The notes: a model not told the origin generated them from the letters alone. Counted from the stretch's first letter, positions 44,667 to 55,889 are shown. The stretch is DNA of 64,000 bases from Octopus vulgaris (GCA_951406725.2 OX597833.1:64480001-64544000), one strand, 5' to 3'. Numbers and translations: made by a program.

Positions 44667-44977
44667 TCACCGTGATCACCGTGACCGAACAGGTTATCAG
44701 ATGTTGCTACACATCGCTGGTCACAATGCGCTTTGCATTGTTTTAACCATCAAGTGACGCCACCCCGCTGGCTAAGCGAGCAGGCCAACAGAAGAAAGAG
44801 TGGGAGAAAGTTGTGGCGAAAGAGTACAGCAGGGATCACCGCCACCCCGTGCCGGTGCCTCGTGGAACTTTAGGTGTTTTCGCTCAATAAACGCTCACAA
44901 CGCCCGGTCTGTGAATCGAAACCGCGATCCTACAACCGCGAGTTCGCTGCCCTAACCACTGGGCCATTTCGCCTCCA
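44667..44977 (-). mobile_element. tRNA-derived SINE family C
   Basis: Minus-strand head GGCGAAATGGCCCAGTGGTTAGGGCAGCG..GGTTTCGATTC and (CACGGTGAT)n tail; its 3' part recurs at 49865-50010. Confidence 0.8.
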
Positions 44978-45384
44978 GATTACATATATATATGTTTTAA
45001 AAGTACATTTTGTGATGGACATGTATGGAACGATTTTTTCTTAATTGTAGTTATGTACCATTAGAGATTATGTTGGCCTAAGCATCATCATCAACAATAT
45101 AAACAACAATAACATCAGCAGCAGCAGCAACATCGATACGAAAACGTATCATTTCAAACCAGTCACTCACCTGTAATGCGCTTATCTCCTGAAATCGCTG
45201 TTTTCGATGAGGAAGTTGACGACGACAACGCCGATACGAAGATGATGATGTCAATGATGGTGGTGGTGGTGGTGGTGGTGGTGGTGGTGGTGGTGGTGGT
45301 AGTGGTGTTGGTGATGATGATTATGATGATGATGTGTGGATGATGATGTTGACGGTGACCACGACGACGGCAACGAAGGATTTG

Positions 45385-45502
45385 ATCGGCCCGAGGCTAC
45401 AGTAGAAGACACTTGCCCAAGGTGCCACGCAGTGGGACTGAACCCGGAACCGCGTGGTTGGTAAGCAGGCTACTTACCACCATACAGCCACTCCTACGCC
45501 TA
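45385..45502 (-). mobile_element. SINE family A head fragment
   Basis: Match to the family A 5' region. Confidence 0.8.
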
Positions 45503-46341
45503 TAATTCTGATAAATTTCACTCACATGTTATGGTGAACTGGATGCTATAACGAATGATTTTACCCATGATGCCAGACGCTGAGATCGAACGTGGAGATT
45601 CGAGTTTGTGAAACGAACTTCTTAACCATTCCGCCACATTCTGTGTGTAATGCAGGATAAATAACACAAGTATAATTTGAAACGGTGCAAGGAGAATGGC
45701 GTAAATCGAATCGAGAAAGCAGCCGAGCAGGAAGTTGTCTTTCAGTATATGAACAACGGCAAAGAACAAAAGAATTATCAATTTCTGTTGATGCGGCAGA
45801 TGGTTCTTCTGTTTTGATACGACTTTGCCTTTCTTTCCTTCCCCTGGGAATCAATATAACCAGTTCGAAGAGTCTTTTATCGATCCCCGAGAGATGAAAA
45901 ACTTCGGTCGATACTAAGTTTCGATACTCATGAAATCTGACAACGAGACGCAGTTTGAAGCCTTTTCTTTGATCGCTGGACTTGTTAGAGAAAGTCACAA
46001 CACTCCGACTTACGTCACAAACGGTGTCTTTAAAAATATAAAGGAAACGCGTATTAGATATTATAATCTTAAGTAAACAGCGTCTGAAGACAAACGAAGA
46101 AAAAAGGCAGGATGCTCATGGATGGAATATCTTTCATCTTACGACTACTCGATACGTGTTGACCTGCGGTTAAACGACAATGCTAAAATTTAGTGCATCA
46201 TCATCACTATTTTCTATAGGCACCCTCCTACGTCTGTCACTTTACCTGCTAGAAGTAACAGGTCTGTTTCTCTCAAATTACAACTTACTGGCTTTAAACG
46301 GAAACGAAAATACTGACTACTGTCAAAAGAAACATATTAAA

Positions 46342-46739
46342 CTAGCAGTATCGCCCGGCGTTGCTCGGGTTTGTAAGGGAAATAACTATATAAGCATTTT
46401 TAGGGATGTAAAGTATAATAGCCATCTCAATATGGCTAACCACAAAGGGGAGGGGTGTTACTGTAGCTTTTTACGTTCTGAGATTTGATAATAAACTTTT
46501 AGAGTGTTACTTTCCTTATATATACCAAAAATGCATTAAAAATTGGGAAAAATTTATGGTAATTTTTTTTTTAATCGTAGACTCATCGTCGACGCGCGCT
46601 AATACCCAGAAGGGCTCGATATGAATCACGACTATAAGATACCCGGTTTTGGTTAAACTGCACCACAAAATGTGGGAGTAGTTAGGAATCTAAATCGTAG
46701 GAGACAGACATCACACAAACTCTCTTTTATATATAAAGA
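46342..46739 (-). mobile_element. Non-autonomous Helitron
   Basis: Minus strand begins TC(TTTATATATAAAA) and ends with the CCCGAGCAACGCCGGG hairpin then CTAG; inserted between A and T with no TSD. Confidence 0.75.
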
Positions 46740-46842
46740 TTTTATCAATGGTAAATTAGAAAGTGCTTTCTAACCGAATCGGTAACGTGGCTTACGTAAG
46801 TGTTGATACACTAAAGATTTTAAAACTGACATGTGTGTATAT

Positions 46843-47253
46843 AGGCGCAGGAGTGGCTGTGTGGTAAGTAGCTTGCTAACCAACCACATGGTTCCGGGTT
46901 CAGTCCCACTGCGTGGCATCTTGGGCAAGTGTCTTCTGCCATAGCCCGGGCCGACCAATGCCTTGTGAGTGGATTTGGTAGACGGAAACTGAAAGAAGCC
47001 TGTCGTATATATGTATGTATATATATATATATGCGTGTGTGTATTTGTGTGTCTGTGTTTGTCCCCCTAGCATTGCTTGACAACCGATGCTGGTGTGTTT
47101 ACGTCCCCGTCACTTAGCGGTTCGGCAAAAGAGGCCGATAGAATAAATACTGGGCTTACAAAGAATAAGTCCCGGGGTCGATTTGCTCGGCTAAAGGCGG
47201 TGCTCCAGCATGGCCGCAGTCAAATGACTGAAACAAGTAAAAGAGTAAAAGAG
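46843..47253 (+). mobile_element. SINE family A, full length
   Basis: GGCGCAGGAGTGGCTG head through GTAAAAGAG tail. Confidence 0.88.
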
Positions 47254-47379
47254 TATATGTATATACACGCCACGTTCGCCAGCGCGCATTTGTTTTTCAT
47301 ATTCGTTTAGAGCAAGTTGTATTACACCTAGTACCCTTTTCATTCTTTTTCTCTCTCTTTTGCTCGGGTCAAAGCCTTT

Positions 47380-47700
47380 AGTTTGACCAGTAAATTAAGT
47401 ACCACTTGCGTACTGGGATAGATCTAATCAACTTCCCCAGTCCCCCAAAATTTCGGTCCTTTTGCCTGGAGTCGAAAAGAATATATATATATTCACACTC
47501 ATGGCGGCGAGCTGACAGTGTCGTTAGCGCGACGAGCGAAATACTTAGCATTATTTCACGTCTTAACGTTCTGACTTCAAATTTCGCCGGGGTCGACTTT
47601 GCCTTTCATCCCTTAAGTACCAGTTGCGTACAGGGATCGATCTAATTGACTGGTGACCTCCCCTTAAATTTCGGGCCTTGTGGCTGGAGTAGAAAGGAAT
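47380..47700 (+). mobile_element. Older SINE family B-related copies
   Basis: Degenerate head and central domain at 47501-47700, with a duplicated tail at 47385-47480. Confidence 0.6.
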
Positions 47701-48249
47701 ATCATCAGTGTTAGGAGAAATACCGCAAATATTCTAAGACAGTGAATCAACTAAAGTCCCTACACATCAATCTCTCCCATTTGTTCCTTGTCTAATACAT
47801 TATAGGATAGCAGACTGTAGTCTGGACCCTTTCCTGGGTAACCGGGGAACAAAGGGAATTTATCTATATGCCGAACACCATTGAAGCGACGATATTCAAT
47901 GGGTTCCTCAGAAGTGATCCAATATTAGGTCAAAGTGTTTTATCCTATAACCGGGTATGTTTTACTAACGGGAATGTAAAGTAAAAACACAGACACGGTT
48001 CATCGACCTGATCTCTACACAGCCAGATTCCGTCTACTAAATTTAATTATCTATTTTATACTCTGCGAGGATAATAGATAAATATGAAACAAGTTGTCGC
48101 AGGCTATCCTATAGCAAAACGAATAATTTAACTATAATACCGTGCCGGCGAAAATTGAATCCAAATTTATGAATATCCGCTTCCGACCTAAAAAGATCTC
48201 GTGATGTGCATGCTGTCAATATCTGCTGTTATAATCCTCTAAGCATAGT

Positions 48250-49040
48250 GCGGTGAGCTGGCAGAAACGTTAGCACGCCGGGCGAAATGCGTAGCCGTAT
48301 TTCGTCTGTCGTTACGTTCTGAGTTCAAATTCTGCCGAGGTCAACTTTGCCTTTCATCGTTTCGGGGTCGATAAATTAAGTACCAGTTACGCACTGGGGT
48401 CGATGTAATCGACGTAATCCCTTTGTCTGTTCTTGTTTGTCCTCTCTGTGTTTAGCCCCTTGTGGGTAGTAAAGAAATAGGTGTTTTGTCTGCCGCTACG
48501 TTCTGAGTTCAAATATCACCGAAGTCGAATTTGCCTTTCATCCTTTCGTGGTCGATTAAATAAGTACCAGTTACGCACTGGGGTAGTTATAATCGACTTT
48601 ATCCGTTTGTTTGTCCTTGTTTGTCCCCTGTATGTTTATCCTCTTGTGGGCAATAAAGAAATAAGAAACGTTAGCACGCCGGGCGAAATGTGTAGCCGAG
48701 TTCAAATTCCGCCAAGGTCGACTTTGTCTTTCATCCTTTAGGGGTCCATTAAATAAGTATCAGTCACGCACTGGGGTCGGTGTAATCGACTTAATCCGTG
48801 TGTCTGTCCTTGTTCGTCCTCTCTGTGTTTAGCCCCTTGTGGGTAGTAAAAAAATAGGTATTTCGTCTGTCGTTACGTTCTGAGTTCAAGTTCCGCCAAG
48901 GTCGACTTTGTCTTTCATCCTTTAGGGGTCCATTAAATAAGTATCAGTCACACACTGGGGTCGATGTAATCGACTTAATCCGTGTGTCTGTCCTTGTTTG
49001 TCCCTTCTGTGTTTAGCCCCTTGTGGGCAATAAATAAATA
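48250..49040 (+). mobile_element. SINE family B tetramer with 14-bp target-site duplication
   Basis: Units at 48250, 48480, 48664 and 48857; TATAATCCTCTAAG at 48230-48243 and 49041-49054. Confidence 0.85.
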
Positions 49041-49587
49041 TATAATCCTCTAAGTACCTAACACTGTGAGAAACCCACAGAAAACAATAAAAGACCGGTA
49101 AATAGATTTCCTGAGTTAAGCATTTTCATCGCAGAACAAAACACCGACCTGCCTTTGTGTGAAGGTTTCAAGTGTAATCATTGATTCTTTTGCAATATTA
49201 ATGCAGTTTTCAAAAAGCTTTAATAGCAAATTCTTCTGAGATTTTTCTCAGCTGAAAAGAATTACCAGCTCATAGAAGATTTTTGTTTTTGATTATTATG
49301 ATGATATAATCGCATAATCACGGACATTACTAAGCTGAGTTTATTCAGAAAATGAGTTTATCCAGTTAAGATTTTTGACAATAAATAAACTGTGGATTCT
49401 TATTCGTGAATAATATCTAACATCCTGTAGTTTGTTCGGCAATCTTTTCATCTTTGTAAAGGTATTTAATTTATTACTGTGACTCAATCAGATAACGTGA
49501 CTCTAGCTTAATGTTTTAAGCACGTAGTTATAGCAACAAAGAAATAAAGCTGTATACACTTGAACATCGTAAATGTTTGTGTGTGTA

Positions 49588-49649
<62 letters not shown>

Positions 49650-49650
<1 letters not shown>

Positions 49651-49793
49651 TTTATTTAAAAGCAGCCGAAATTCAACAAAACCTGTTACTCGGAGTTTCG
49701 CATTCCCGTTCGTCAGAGTGTTTTGTTACAATTTACCCCTGGAATCTGAATACTCTTTTTTCCACCTTGTTTCACATTTATGTGTTTACTCCG

Positions 49794-49797
<4 letters not shown>
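49650..49797 (-). mobile_element. Rearranged one-armed copy of the same Penelope-like fragment
   Basis: Shares the GGAGTAAACACATAAATGTGAAACAAGG block and CTGACGA..GAAACTCCGAGTAACAGG on the minus strand; (TA)n flanks. Confidence 0.55.
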
Positions 49798-49865
<68 letters not shown>

Positions 49866-50010
49866 CACCGTGATCACCCTGACCGACCAGGCTATCAGAT
49901 GTTACTACACATATCTGGTCACAGTGCGTTTCGCATTGTATTACCCGTCAAATGACGCACCCCGCTGGCTAAGCGAGCAGGCCAACAGAAGTAAGAGTGA
50001 GTGAAAGTTA

Positions 50011-50468
50011 TCAAGGACGACAGGAAGCGTTGATGCTTTCTAGGGCTAAATAGCGGTGGATATAATTCCCTTTATGGGACTGTCACATTAAGTTGGCAGT
50101 ATACTACTGCTCTATCGTACCACCACAGCTTATATCTCTCTGAGATATTTAGAAATTTAATATTTCTCTTTTTTGTGATCAGTGAATTTACTTCACTGAA
50201 ATTATATATGTTTACAAAGTCTAGACAGGTATCTGCAGCCGACTAGCAAGCCATGCAACTCCAGACTGATGACGAGCAAGAGTCAGAAACTAGTCCCTGG
50301 GTGCAGGCTTGGCTGGATGGGGGTACTTGTCTCCTCCTTATAAGCATAAGGACACAGGAAATGTGTCAAGGCCGACAGGGAGCGTTGATGGTTCCTAGGG
50401 CTAAATAGCGATGGTGTGATTCCCTTTATCGGACTGCCACGTTAAGTTGACAGTATACAACTGCTTTC
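50011..50468 (+). mobile_element. Older ~355-bp repeat (about 1.3 copies) containing a hammerhead; putative second retrozyme family
   Basis: 50011-50113 is repeated with divergence at 50366-50468 (period 355). A hammerhead motif and several hairpins lie between the copies. Confidence 0.65.
50223..50332 (+). ncRNA. Type I hammerhead ribozyme (partly decayed) with long stem I
   Basis: CTGATGA 50266-50272, GAAA 50286-50289, palindromic stem III ACTAGT, GUC site (cut after 50295). Stem I segments CCAG/CTGG, TGCA/TGCA, AAGCC/GGCTT, CAGCC/GGCTG, AGACAGGTAT/GTACTTGTCT. Stem II is weak and an A/C mismatch lies next to the core. Confidence 0.7.
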
Positions 50469-50496
50469 TCTCTCTATCTCTTTCTATATATATATA

Positions 50497-50876
50497 CTAG
50501 CAGTATCGCCCGGCGTTGCTCAGGTTTGTAAGGGAAATAACTATAAAGCATTTTTAGAGAGTTATAGCCAAAAAATGGAAAAAAATGATGGTAAATTTTT
50601 TTTGAGATTAAAAAAAGGTTGAGTTGCGTCCCCTAGACAGTTTGTGGTTTGTGTTTCTGCTTCTCGACCCCATGTCGAATTTATCGATTTTTTTCTGAAC
50701 TGGGGGAACTTTTCAAAATTTTCGCTGCGTTAGTTTTGAATTATGACATTGGGCTATGTGTGTGTCAAGTTTCATCAGAATCGGTTGAAAGCCGTGGTCA
50801 GGGTGAGGGTACAAGCAAACAGACACACAGAAACACACACAGACAAACTGCCGTTTATATATATATATATATATAT
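50497..50876 (-). mobile_element. Non-autonomous Helitron with the same 3' end as 46342-46739
   Basis: Shared CTAGCAGTATCGCCCGGCGTTGCTC..GGGAAATAACTATA terminus; different interior; 5' end merges with (TA)n. Confidence 0.7.
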
Positions 50877-51270
50877 AACGATAAGAGCAGGAGAGATACA
50901 AGGAAAGAAGGAAGATGCAAGTACATCTTGTGTTCTTTATTTTAACGCTATGTAATTTCACACATGCTTTTATAGCAAAACGGTAACTCGTTGCGTGTCG
51001 TGTCTTCTTCCTGCGAGATTCTCGCTAACCCAATTTCTTATTAATGGCGGACGCTTGTTTAAATATCCACTTCCCCACTGCTGATGTCCTCGCTTACAAC
51101 TTCACACCGAATGGCTGGAGTAGTTTAATAGATTTTTCAGTGAAAATATATTAATATAGATTGCATTGTTCTGCCGCAGAGTTTATTGTGTAACTGCAAT
51201 GAGGTTTCTATAGGTCCATTGTTTAAAATACTGTTTACAATAATGAGAAGTTCGTGATGCGCCATTCATA

Positions 51271-51306
<36 letters not shown>

Positions 51307-51387
51307 GGATGTGAGTCTGTACATATATATATATATATGTGTATGTATATAAATACATATATATATATGTATATATATGTATACATA

Positions 51388-51436
<49 letters not shown>

Positions 51437-51554
51437 CAATTAAGGAACGGCCATAATAGGCCATTCACCCACTAGAAATAACAGCCAAAGCTTCTACCGC
51501 AAATAAAGATCAATTCCGTAAACAGGAGAAAATTAAAAAAACATTTACCCTGTA

Positions 51555-54086
51555 ATTTCTTGTACGGTATACCGTTTCATCTGCTGTTTAATGGTAAACT
51601 AACCTGATTAAATTAAATCAAGCCAATCTTCCATAAGCCCTCAGATTCTTCAGCAAGAAATAGCTCAAGTCGGAACAGATATTTACACGAGGCATACCCA
51701 ATCCTGCCAAGGCAATATCTGACCTAAAATTTTCAAATCGTCGCACTCGCGCCAAATTTATCGGCAGCAAATAAATCGTCGATTCCATTACGGAATTAAC
51801 CAAAAAATTCATAATTAATCAATATAGGGTGGCAAGGAAAATTTTGTAGAATTTTTTTGCCACCAGCGGCCCAGTGGGAAAAAATTAAATAGTCATAGAC
51901 CATTTTTAAGTTCAACATTAACAATTAAGGAACGGCCATAATAGGCCATTCACCCACTAGAAATAACAGCCAAAGCTTCTACCGCAAATAAAGATCAATT
52001 CCGTAAACAGGAGAAAATTAAAAAAACATTTACCCTGTAATTTCTTGTACGGTATACCGTTTCATCTGCTGTTTAATGGTAAACTAACCTGATTAAATTA
52101 AATCAAGCCAATCTTCCATAAGCCCTCAGATTCTTCAGCAAGAAATAGCTCAAGTCGGAACAGATATTTACACGAGGCATACCCAATCCTGCCAAGGCAA
52201 TATCTGACCTAAAATTTTCAAATCGTCGCACTCGCGCCAAATTTATCGGCAGCAAATAAATCGTCGATTCCATTACGGAATTAACCAAAAAATTCATAAT
52301 TAATCAATATAGGGTGGCAAGGAAAATTTTGTAGAATTTTTTTGCCACCAGCGGCCCAGTGGGAAAAAATTAAATAGTCATAGACCATTTTTAAGTTCAA
52401 CATTAACAATTAAGGAACGGCCATAATAGGCCATTCACCCACTAGAAATAACAGCCAAAGCTTCTACCGCAAATAAAGATCAATTCCGTAAACAGGAGAA
52501 AATTAAAAAAACATTTACCCTGTAATTTCTTGTACGGTATACCGTTTCATCTGCTGTTTAATGGTAAACTAACCTGATTAAATTAAATCAAGCCAATCTT
52601 CCATAAGCCCTCAGATTCTTCAGCAAGAAATAGCTCAAGTCGGAACAGATATTTACACGAGGCATACCCAATCCTGCCAAGGCAATATCTGACCTAAAAT
52701 TTTCAAATCGTCGCACTCGCGCCAAATTTATCGGCAGCAAATAAATCGTCGATTCCATTACGGAATTAACCAAAAAATTCATAATTAATCAATATAGGGT
52801 GGCAAGGAAAATTTTGTAGAATTTTTTTGCCACCAGCGGCCCAGTGGGAAAAAATTAAATAGTCATAGACCATTTTTAAGTTCAACATTAACAATTAAGG
52901 AACGGCCATAATAGGCCATTCACCCACTAGAAATAACAGCCAAAGCTTCTACCGCAAATAAAGATCAATTCCGTAAACAGGAGAAAATTAAAAAAACATT
53001 TACCCTGTAATTTCTTGTACGGTATACCGTTTCATCTGCTGTTTAATGGTAAACTAACCTGATTAAATTAAATCAAGCCAATCTTCCATAAGCCCTCAGA
53101 TTCTTCAGCAAGAAATAGCTCAAGTCGGAACAGATATTTACACGAGGCATACCCAATCCTGCCAAGGCAATATCTGACCTAAAATTTTCAAATCGTCGCA
53201 CTCGCGCCAAATTTATCGGCAGCAAATAAATCGTCGATTCCATTACGGAATTAACCAAAAAATTCATAATTAATCAATATAGGGTGGCAAGGAAAATTTT
53301 GTAGAATTTTTTTGCCACCAGCGGCCCAGTGGGAAAAAATTAAATAGTCATAGACCATTTTTAAGTTCAACATTAACAATTAAGGAACGGCCATAATAGG
53401 CCATTCACCCACTAGAAATAACAGCCAAAGCTTCTACCGCAAATAAAGATCAATTCCGTAAACAGGAGAAAATTAAAAAAACATTTACCCTGTAATTTCT
53501 TGTACGGTATACCGTTTCATCTGCTGTTTAATGGTAAACTAACCTGATTAAATTAAATCAAGCCAATCTTCCATAAGCCCTCAGATTCTTCAGCAAGAAA
53601 TAGCTCAAGTCGGAACAGATATTTACACGAGGCATACCCAATCCTGCCAAGGCAATATCTGACCTAAAATTTTCAAATCGTCGCACTCGCGCCAAATTTA
53701 TCGGCAGCAAATAAATCGTCGATTCCATTACGGAATTAACCAAAAAATTCATAATTAATCAATATAGGGTGGCAAGGAAAATTTTGTAGAATTTTTTTGC
53801 CACCAGCGGCCCAGTGGGAAAAAATTAAATAGTCATAGACCATTTTTAAGTTCAACATTAACAATTAAGGAACGGCCATAATAGGCCATTCACCCACTAG
53901 AAATAACAGCCAAAGCTTCTACCGCAAATAAAGATCAATTCCGTAAACAGGAGAAAATTAAAAAAACATTTACCCTGTAATTTCTTGTACGGTATACCGT
54001 TTCATCTGCTGTTTAATGGTAAACTAACCTGATTAAATTAAATCAAGCCAATCTTCCATAAGCCCTCAGATTCTTCAGCAAGAAAT
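51555..54086 (-). ncRNA. Six minus-strand copies of the same hammerhead: 51555-51661, 52040-52146, 52525-52631, 53010-53116, 53495-53601, 53980-54086
   Basis: Reverse complement of the 54388-54494 motif, repeated every 485 bp in the inverted part of the array. Confidence 0.88.
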
Positions 54087-54387
54087 AGCTCAAGTCGGAA
54101 CAGATATTTACACGAGGCATACCCTTGTTAATGTTGAACTTAAAAATGGTCTATGACTATTTAATTTTTTCCCACTGGGCCGCTGGTGGCAAAAAAATTC
54201 TACAAAATTTTCCTTGCCACCCTATATTGATTAATTATGAATTTTTTGGTTAATTCCGTAATGGAATCGACGATTTATTTGCTGCCGATAAATTTGGCGC
54301 GAGTGCGACGATTTGAAAATTTTAGGTCAGATATTGCCTTGGCAGGATTGGGTATGCCTCGTGTAAATATCTGTTCCGACTTGAGCT

Positions 54388-54494
54388 ATTTCTTGCTGAA
54401 GAATCTGAGGGCTTATGGAAGATTGGCTTGATTTAATTTAATCAGGTTAGTTTACCATTAAACAGCAGATGAAACGGTATACCGTACAAGAAAT
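54388..54494 (+). ncRNA. Type I hammerhead ribozyme with extended stem II
   Basis: Stem I ATTTCTTG (54388-54395)/CAAGAAAT (54487-54494); core CTGAAGA (54396-54402); stem II ATCTG (54403-54407)/CAGAT (54466-54470); GAAA (54471-54474); stem III A-CGG-TATA-CCG-T; cleavage triplet GUA, predicted cut after 54486. Confidence 0.88.
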
Positions 54495-54872
54495 TACAGG
54501 GTAAATGTTTTTTTAATTTTCTCCTGTTTACGGAATTGATCTTTATTTGCGGTAGAAGCTTTGGCTGTTATTTCTAGTGGGTGAATGGCCTATTATGGCC
54601 GTTCCTTAATTGTTAATGTTGAACTTAAAAATGGTCTATGACTATTTAATTTTTTCCCACTGGGCCGCTGGTGGCAAAAAAATTCTACAAAATTTTCCTT
54701 GCCACCCTATATTGATTAATTATGAATTTTTTGGTTAATTCCGTAATGGAATCGACGATTTATTTGCTGCCGATAAATTTGGCGCGAGTGCGACGATTTG
54801 AAAATTTTAGGTCAGATATTGCCTTGGCAGGATTGGGTATGCCTCGTGTAAATATCTGTTCCGACTTGAGCT

Positions 54873-54979
54873 ATTTCTTGCTGAAGAATCTGAGGGCTTA
54901 TGGAAGATTGGCTTGATTTAATTTAATCAGGTTAGTTTACCATTAAACAGCAGATGAAACGGTATACCGTACAAGAAAT
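54873..54979 (+). ncRNA. Type I hammerhead ribozyme (array copy)
   Basis: Identical to 54388-54494, offset +485. Confidence 0.88.
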
Positions 54980-55357
54980 TACAGGGTAAATGTTTTTTTA
55001 ATTTTCTCCTGTTTACGGAATTGATCTTTATTTGCGGTAGAAGCTTTGGCTGTTATTTCTAGTGGGTGAATGGCCTATTATGGCCGTTCCTTAATTGTTA
55101 ATGTTGAACTTAAAAATGGTCTATGACTATTTAATTTTTTCCCACTGGGCCGCTGGTGGCAAAAAAATTCTACAAAATTTTCCTTGCCACCCTATATTGA
55201 TTAATTATGAATTTTTTGGTTAATTCCGTAATGGAATCGACGATTTATTTGCTGCCGATAAATTTGGCGCGAGTGCGACGATTTGAAAATTTTAGGTCAG
55301 ATATTGCCTTGGCAGGATTGGGTATGCCTCGTGTAAATATCTGTTCCGACTTGAGCT

Positions 55358-55464
55358 ATTTCTTGCTGAAGAATCTGAGGGCTTATGGAAGATTGGCTTG
55401 ATTTAATTTAATCAGGTTAGTTTACCATTAAACAGCAGATGAAACGGTATACCGTACAAGAAAT
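55358..55464 (+). ncRNA. Type I hammerhead ribozyme (array copy)
   Basis: Identical to 54388-54494, offset +970. Confidence 0.88.
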
Positions 55465-55684
55465 TACAGGGTAAATGTTTTTTTAATTTTCTCCTGTTTA
55501 CGGAATTGATCTTTATTTGCGGTAGAAGCTTTGGCTGTTATTTCTAGTGGGTGAATGGCCTATTATGGCCGTTCCTTAATTGTTAATGTTGAACTTATAA
55601 ATGGTCTATGACTATTTAATTTTTTCCCACTGGGCCGCTGGTGGCAAAAAAATTCTACAAAATTTTCCTTGCCACCCTATATTG

Positions 55685-55741
<57 letters not shown>

Positions 55742-55830
55742 GTATAAATATATATATGTATATATATATATGCAGCGAATTATATTTCGTACGATACTAC
55801 AAGAAATCGCACAAACATACTTATACGCAT

Positions 55831-55889
<59 letters not shown>

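Larger units (their letters stand above)
51434..55688. mobile_element. Tandem array of a 485-bp hammerhead-containing monomer (putative non-LTR retrozyme), about 8.8 copies, with internal inversion
   Basis: Units start at 51434, 51919, 52404, 52889, 53374 and 53859 (partial, to 54124), then continue in opposite orientation 54125-55688 (about 3.2 units). Copies look identical by eye except one A>T at 55598. Both flanks are (TA)n. Nine hammerhead motifs in total. Confidence 0.9.

Noticed and set aside
51434-51918. Second ribozyme on the opposite polarity (viroid-like ambisense design)
   Set aside because: No CUGANGA core, twister or hairpin-ribozyme motif found by eye; a covariance-model search is needed to exclude it fully.
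54326-54410. HDV-like ribozyme resemblance (CAGATATT/AATATCTG helix with a GCCTCGT loop)
   Set aside because: Lacks the GG needed for P1.1 and a convincing P2/P4; conflicts with the much better hammerhead fold.
51618-55401. Repeated 64-aa ORF (MNFLVNSVMEST...) in each 485-bp monomer
   Set aside because: Short, with no recognisable domain; its 3' end overlaps the ribozyme core and the recurrence simply reflects the repeat. Translation is not excluded but is unsupported.
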